Of a stretch of 64,000 nucleotides of DNA, positions 61,111 to 64,000 are shown piece by piece (the first letter of the stretch is position 1; each line of letters begins with the position of its first letter). The translations under genes were made by a program, and so were the position numbers. The stretch covers positions 114,799 to 178,798 of the forward strand of contig NC_068984.1 of the NCBI RefSeq assembly GCF_001194135.2, read 5' to 3'. This stretch comes from Octopus bimaculoides (taxonomy: Eukaryota). The notes beneath the pieces were generated by a model that saw only the letters and a program-made list of their open reading frames with translations, was not told the origin of the DNA and searched no databases.

Positions 61111-63574
61111 AAAACTGTGGCTATCCATACATATAGGCAGGTCCTTTATGTCCCAGTCTCAACCGAGAGTTCGTTCTCAAGGGCTCATGGGTGCTGATGT
61201 TGGGTAAAAAGCACTCATACCAAAACCACATAAATCACCCAATACACTCTCAAAGCGGTTGGCGTATTAGGAAGGGCATCCAGCTGTAGAAACCATGCCA
61301 AAACAGACAACTGGGAAGCTCTCCAACTCCTGTCAAACTGTCCAATCCATGCCAGCATGGAAAACAGATGTTAAATGATGATGAAACATTACTTGTATGA
61401 TAGTCATACTTATTTACAACCATTACATGATGTCAAGACATGAGCATCCACACACACACACACACACACCACGTAAGTCTCCAGGATTTTAGTAGTCCAA
61501 TTGTTGAGGGTTAAATTTGTCTAGGGAGTTCCTAGTTTATAGTGGTTTTGTTGTAATATATTGATCACAGACATTGATAGAGTGTCATTCTCCTTTATTG
61601 AGATTTTATTTCTGGTGCTATAGTTATCAGTCATTATACCAGTTCTGCTTACATAGGGTTCAAATCTCATCTAGAGCAACATTGTTTTCTACTCTTCTGG
61701 GGGTCATTAAAATTACGAGAATAATGAATTGGTGGAACTGTTAAAGAACTGGACATTATGGTATTTGTTCCAACTCTTTGCCTCTAGATTTCTTCAGAAA
61801 CTTAATCCCCACACCACCACCACCACCACCACGCCATCTGGTCCCTGGATGTCTTTAGCAGAGACCTTCATGTTACAAACATTTAGGTCAGGTCACCAAT
61901 TTCAGAATAAATTTCTCTTTTTGTCTCACCCATTTTCAGACCCTGAAAAAAATTTTTTTTGTTTTATCTGGCGGAAGGAGGATCACTGCCACCCTTCCAT
62001 CCCTCACTAAATGCTAAACAAAAATTTTCTGTGTATACAGAATCTGAATAGCGAAAAAGAAAATTGGTTGGTGTCATTTGTCGAGGAGAAGTATATGGCT
62101 AGAAGCCAGAGTATAGTGGAGATAAACAACTAAGGTTAAAATCTAAAAGATTTATGTCAACCAGATTAGGCTGCCTGTCATGAATACTGAACATTATTCA
62201 GCAAAAAAAATCTTACAATGGAATACAATAATTATGTAATAGAGACACCGTATCATTATACAATAAAAATATGTACTATGTTATACAATACATTTCAATG
62301 GTCGTACTGGGATAGGTACAATGTAGTCAACATTTATATAAGTTACTAAACAAGATCTAAACTGAAATTTCCAGTCATGTAAAATTGTGAAGATCATCAT
62401 TATTGTTTAATGTGCGTTTTCCATGCTGGTAGAGGATGGACAGTTTCACAGAAGCTGGCCAGCCAAAGTGCTGTCCAGACTCCAATTGTCTGTTGTGACA
62501 TGGTTTCTATGGCTGGATGCCCTTCCTAACACCAACCACTTTATAGTGTGCTCGGTGCTTTTTATGTGCCACGAGCTTGTGTGTGTTTACACAGCACTGG
62601 CACAAGTGCATATAAGAATGCACTGATACCTGTGAGGGACGAGCCTGTATGTATGAACGATGGCAATTTTACTTACCTTGATGCATCTTCTCAAGTACAG
62701 CAAATCACAACTTCTAGTCCTTTATTTCCTCAAAGAGGCCCAGCGTCTGACCATCCTTTCTCATCACTTCTCAAGTCTACCCCTTCCACAGATCAAAGAC
62801 ACTTAAGAGCCTCATGAAGAAACACCGACAAGAATCTATTATATTCAATAACATACAGATGCACCCCAATTCTAGAAACACATTCAGGAATAAAGGTTTT
62901 AGTGCAGAAAATCTTATAGTAGGCTCAACTTAGTTTTTTCTCATTTCAAAAATATCACCTGGATCTTATATACTGTCATATGCCATCAAATATGGTAATT
63001 ATAATTCACACGTTCTTGTTGAAGAACTGGATGAATTTCCTTATCCCCAACCGAGGTCACCTTTGCCCCACTGTCATTACCTTTTAAAATCTGAGTCAAG
63101 TCAAAGAATTTCCATATTTTCCCACTTATATCAGAAAGATCCCAAAAACCTAACAAATCCCTAGAATGTAATAATACCAAAACTTGTTGGTTCCTTTAAC
63201 CAATTGTGGGAGTTGATGATGACCAACAGGTTGGAGTACAAGAGATTATCATGTAAGGTTGGATCGTTCCAGTAAAGGATTGCTCAATTCTTGAAAGGAG
63301 ATAATGTGCAAGCAGTGTACTGAAGCAAGATTTAGGTTTTATAAGGATTTAGCAACTGTTAGATGTTGGCTCTGAAAAGGAAATACAATTATCTATTGAT
63401 AGTATAAATCACAAATTTGGAACCAGTGTGTTACATACTGAAGCTATCAGAACTGGGTGCAAGTCTGTTAATCCATTAATCATTAATTAACAATGTTAAC
63501 ATTTGTGTTAACGATTTAACTTTTAAGTCAAGTTTGAAAATCATTATTGGACTAATCAAATTCCGTTAACTCAC

Positions 63575-64000
63575 ATCAGTTGACCCAAAACTCATCTACT
63601 ACAGCCCCTTGGTTGATGCAGTTTTGGCAGGCATCAACAAAAGATTTGCGACCCTCCTGGACGATGAAGAATACCAACTGGCTGCTGCCTTCCACCCCAG
63701 GTTTCACCTCGTCTGGTTGGATAGGTATGATAGTGAGGAGAAGCATGGAGGATAAGGTTGAAGAGGCCATGAGGCAGCAGTCTGAGGAAGTGAGCAGTAA
63801 CAATGAGGACTTCTTCAGTGCATTACCCAACAAAAAGAGAGCAGAAGCTACAAGTCACTGAAGGACAAGGCCCAGAATTTAGTAAAGACCTGGTTGGAGA
63901 CCAACTCCAAAGATCTACCAACAGATTCTGCCTTCTTGAGTGAGCAAATGTTGGTGGACTTGTTCATCAAGTTCAACACAGCCATTCCTTCCAGTGTTGC
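63575..64000 (+). mobile_element. hAT-family transposase C-terminal remnant (runs off the window)
   Basis: YQLAAAFHPRF and LFIKFNTAIPSSV (dimerisation-domain motif preceding VERLFS), with frameshifts. Confidence 0.8.

Noticed and set aside
62950-63380. Possible LINE or coding fragment
   Set aside because: Only vague similarity to RT C-terminal motifs, with stops in all frames; not assignable.

Overview
AT-rich, microsatellite-dense, gapped eukaryotic (metazoan) genomic DNA. The repeat landscape (tRNA-headed SINEs, (GAT)n-tailed RTE-associated repeats, RTE/CR1 LINE debris) matches what I recall of Octopus genomes; this is inference, not a database result. Two divergently oriented spliced genes can be assembled by hand with consistent GT-AG sites and phases. 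(1) NUDT5 (ADP-sugar pyrophosphatase) on the minus strand, 30937->5195: nine clear coding exons plus a candidate 9-nt microexon, 210 aa, intact Nudix box. (2) A secreted protein on the plus strand, 34748->53113: signal peptide + atypical C-type lectin-like domain + C-terminal PAN/apple domain, 4 exons, 245 aa. The rest is mostly transposon relics: two Gypsy LTR fragments, a Helitron N-terminal remnant, RTE and CR1 LINE pieces, an ORF1-only L1/Tx1-like element, a hAT transposase end and many SINEs, plus a 27-copy 34-bp minisatellite. The most unusual item is a ~350-bp element in a NUDT5 intron (16487-16833, minus) that joins a tRNA-like Pol III head to a Penelope-type minimal hammerhead ribozyme fold and carries an inverted copy of its own tail. 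No rRNA, bona fide tRNA or CRISPR array was found. Most entries in the supplied ORF track are microsatellite, gap or TE artefacts. TE and SINE boundaries are approximate.
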